Shown: positions 56,500 through 64,000 of the stretch, piece by piece
Numbering within the stretch: the stretch's first letter is position 1
Layout: each line of letters starts with the position of its first letter
DNA from: the human T2T-CHM13v2.0 reference genome, Homo sapiens
Assembly (NCBI RefSeq): GCF_009914755.1
Contig: NC_060932.1
DNA: 64,000 bases
Direction: 5' to 3' (one strand)
Translations under genes and position numbers: made by a program
Notes under the pieces: generated by a model
The model's input: the letters and a program-made list of their open reading frames with translations, nothing else
Told to the model about the DNA's origin: nothing
The model's database searches: none

Positions 56500-59236
56500 T
56501 AGTGACATCAGCAACATGGACAAATGTGGATTTTCTTGCTCTTCTTCCACCCATGGATATGCTAAATAAACATCTACTTTTAGATCAATTCCCTCTGAGA
56601 GGACATCATAGACAAGTTGAGAGACTTCTACCCATTGGGCAACTGAGAAAGCATCCACCCCAAACAAGTAGAAAAAGGTGAGGAACACTAGGGTATAGAT
56701 CCCACCCTGGACACTGTACCATACAACTGAGAAAGAAATCCTCAAACTCTGCTTTTCTCTGTGGAAAGTTTGTACCTCACGTGTAGCATTTGGCTAAGGC
56801 TCTCCACAATTTGGCCCTTAAATAATGAACCCTGGGAGCAGAGGAGATTAGACACATATGAGTCTCTGTAGACCACAGGAAAAAAGTAGCAGCTTGATAT
56901 GAAAGCATGAGCACTTCTAGGGACTTTGTCCCCTAGGAGCAGAGCAGAGAAGGAGTTTAAGAAACGAAGCCCCATGTTTCTACTTGGAAGTGGTTAATAA
57001 CCCATTCATCCAATGGCTACTTGTTGGGCTGGCTCCTAACTAACTTGCATTGGGATGTTAAAGAGACAGACAAGCATTAGCCTGACCAACAACCTAAGAA
57101 GCAGACTAGTTCTTTTCAGCCTGCTCTCATGGCTCACCCTAGCAAAAATTCCATATAACTTAATCCCTCCTGGAAGGAGTTTATTTCCTCATTGAGTGCC
57201 CCAACTTTTAAAGCTCCCACCTAAGGGAATACATCCTAAACCTCCTAGCTCAAAAGCAAAAAAAGACGAAGTATATGTGAGTATATCTAGACCACAAAAA
57301 TGTGTCAGGTTTATATGGATGTGTAAGCACTTGTATGGGCTTCATTTCCCAGAAGTAGTACAGAAAAGGGGCTTTGAAAATGCAGCTCCCTGGTTCCTTC
57401 TGTTAGATGTTATGCAGCAACTGCTCCAAATTGCACAGCTACCTCCCAAAGGACTCAGTCCTAAACTTCTTAGCTCTGGAACAAAATGAGTAGGCATCCA
57501 CGAGTCTCTCTAGATCACAGAATAGAGAGGTAATTTTAAATGGATGTGCAAACACTTGCGGGGGCTATATTCTCTGGGGGCAGTGCAGAAAGGGGTTGGG
57601 AATGTGTAACTCCCCTTTTCTCTCTGAAGGGATTTACAACACTCACGTTCGGTGTCTACTTGATAATCTGGCTTCTAATAAACTTGCATCAGGAAGCTAG
57701 TGGAGAAAACAAACCACAGCCCACCAGTAGCTAGAGTCAAAGCTCAACACTTCATAAGCATTCCCTCTCTCTCACCCCAGTGATAAATCTAGGCCTACCT
57801 GCTTTTTTCTAGAAAGTTTGATCATGCAGCAAGTGCAACAACTTCTTTTACTGAAAAAATTTTCTCTTTAATGGACTAGCTCTATGAGTAGATGGGGCTA
57901 TGCATTTCTGAATGGCACTATACCATAGAAAACAAAGACATAGATGTACAATGGGGACGTTTCTAGCAGCTGTCTCCCCAGGATCAGAGGGCACAGCCTG
58001 AATGTGAAAACAGACATTTTCCACAAATTCTCTACTCAGCTTAGTGCAGGAAGTGTGAGCAAAAAGACTCATGCTTAGCCTCACCATGATTATAGAAAGA
58101 CCTGAAACACACAGCCAACATCCCAAACTTTCCAACTACATCTAGAGAGTCTGGCTCCTATTAGTTTTAGTCTCAGAGTACTGATAGGATCAGGCATACT
58201 CTAAGCTCCAGAGGGCCACCAAAAACAGAGATAGCAATCTGTACAAACACATATGTTTGAGAGGCACCTTAAAGTCTTGAACTAGATGAATTGGCAAGAT
58301 CTGTTTCCTACATAAAGCCAGTCTGACAAGACTGAGAGAAGTAGCTGTGTTATCTAATGTGCAGAAACTAAAACAGAGTCAAGGAGAAACAGGGAAATAT
58401 AATCCAAACGAAATAACAATATAAATCTCCAGTAACCAATCATAATGAAATGGAAATATGTAATTTACCTGGCAGGGAATTGAAAATAATCATTATAAAG
58501 ATGCTCACCAAAGTCAAGAGAGTGGTCAATGCAAGAGCAAACTGAAAACTTAAAGAGATAGAAAGTATTTACAAGTAATAAATAGAAATCATAGATTTGA
58601 AGAGTACTGTAACTGAACTGAAAAAATTAATAGAAGGGTTCAAAAGCACACTAGATCACTCAAGAGAAAAGATTAGTGAACTCAAACACAGGTAACTAGA
58701 AACCATCCAGTCTAAGGAGCACAAAGAAGAAAAGAAGGAATATTAGTAAAGATAGCTTAAAAAACTTACAGGGCATCATAAATTTTTCAGAAGGAAAAGA
58801 GACAGATGAAGGGACAGAAAATATATTCAAAGAAATAATGGCAGAAAAAAATCCAAAACCTGAGAAAGTAAAAGGAAAGCCAGATATCGAAGGCCCAAAA
58901 GATGTCAAACAAGATGAATCTAAAGAGACCTACACCAAGACATTATAATTAAATTATCAAAAGTTAAAGAAAAAGAGAAAGTGTTAAAAGCAGCAAGAAA
59001 AAACAATCCTCACATACAAGGGAACTTCCATAAGACTATCAGTGGCTTGCTCTGTAAAAACTTTACAGGCCAGAATGAGTTGAATGAAATATTCAACATT
59101 TTAAAACAAATAAAAAGTCTGCCAACCAAGAATACAGTACCCCAAAATCCTTTCTTTATAAGCAAAAGAGTGATAAGGACTTTCTCAGACAAACAAAAGT
59201 GAGGAGACTCTGTCACCTATATTACAAGAAATGCTA

Positions 59237-59240
<4 letters not shown>
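56500..59240 (+). mobile_element. Ancient L1 (L1MA/L1M2-3-type) 5'UTR and decayed ORF1
   Basis: Start gtgacatcagcaacatgg. ORF1-like tracts from ~58380: agacctacaccaagacattataattaaattatcaaaagttaaaga; LKAARK; RTFSDKQK. Confidence 0.75.

Positions 59241-64000
<4,760 letters not shown>

Overview
AT-rich primate (human or close ape) non-coding genomic DNA, intergenic or deep intronic, dominated by transposable elements. I see no host protein-coding exon, RNA gene, CRISPR array or CpG island. The long ORFs all come from LINE-1, except one Alu antisense artefact. Main landmarks: (1) an old MaLR internal region with nested THE1, Alu and MST insertions (0.2-2.7 kb); (2) an ERV1 solo LTR with a duplicated octamer+KLF module (4.3-4.85 kb); (3) a 5'-inverted (twin-primed) L1PA with TSD (8.5-11.1 kb); (4) a full-length but dead L1PA3-like element on the minus strand (15.56-21.74 kb) with a 17-nt 5' extension, the retained 129-bp ZNF93-target segment and an open, C-terminally extended antisense ORF0; (5) old L1M blocks containing a ~400-bp (TA)n array; (6) an ancient L1 5' half joined collinearly to a younger L1PA, itself interrupted by an LTR13 solo LTR (56.5-64 kb). 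Subfamily names come from my recall of consensus sequences, not from a search. Boundaries of old repeats are approximate. I found no evidence for a previously undescribed biological system; the findings are locus-specific structural oddities and regulatory candidates.
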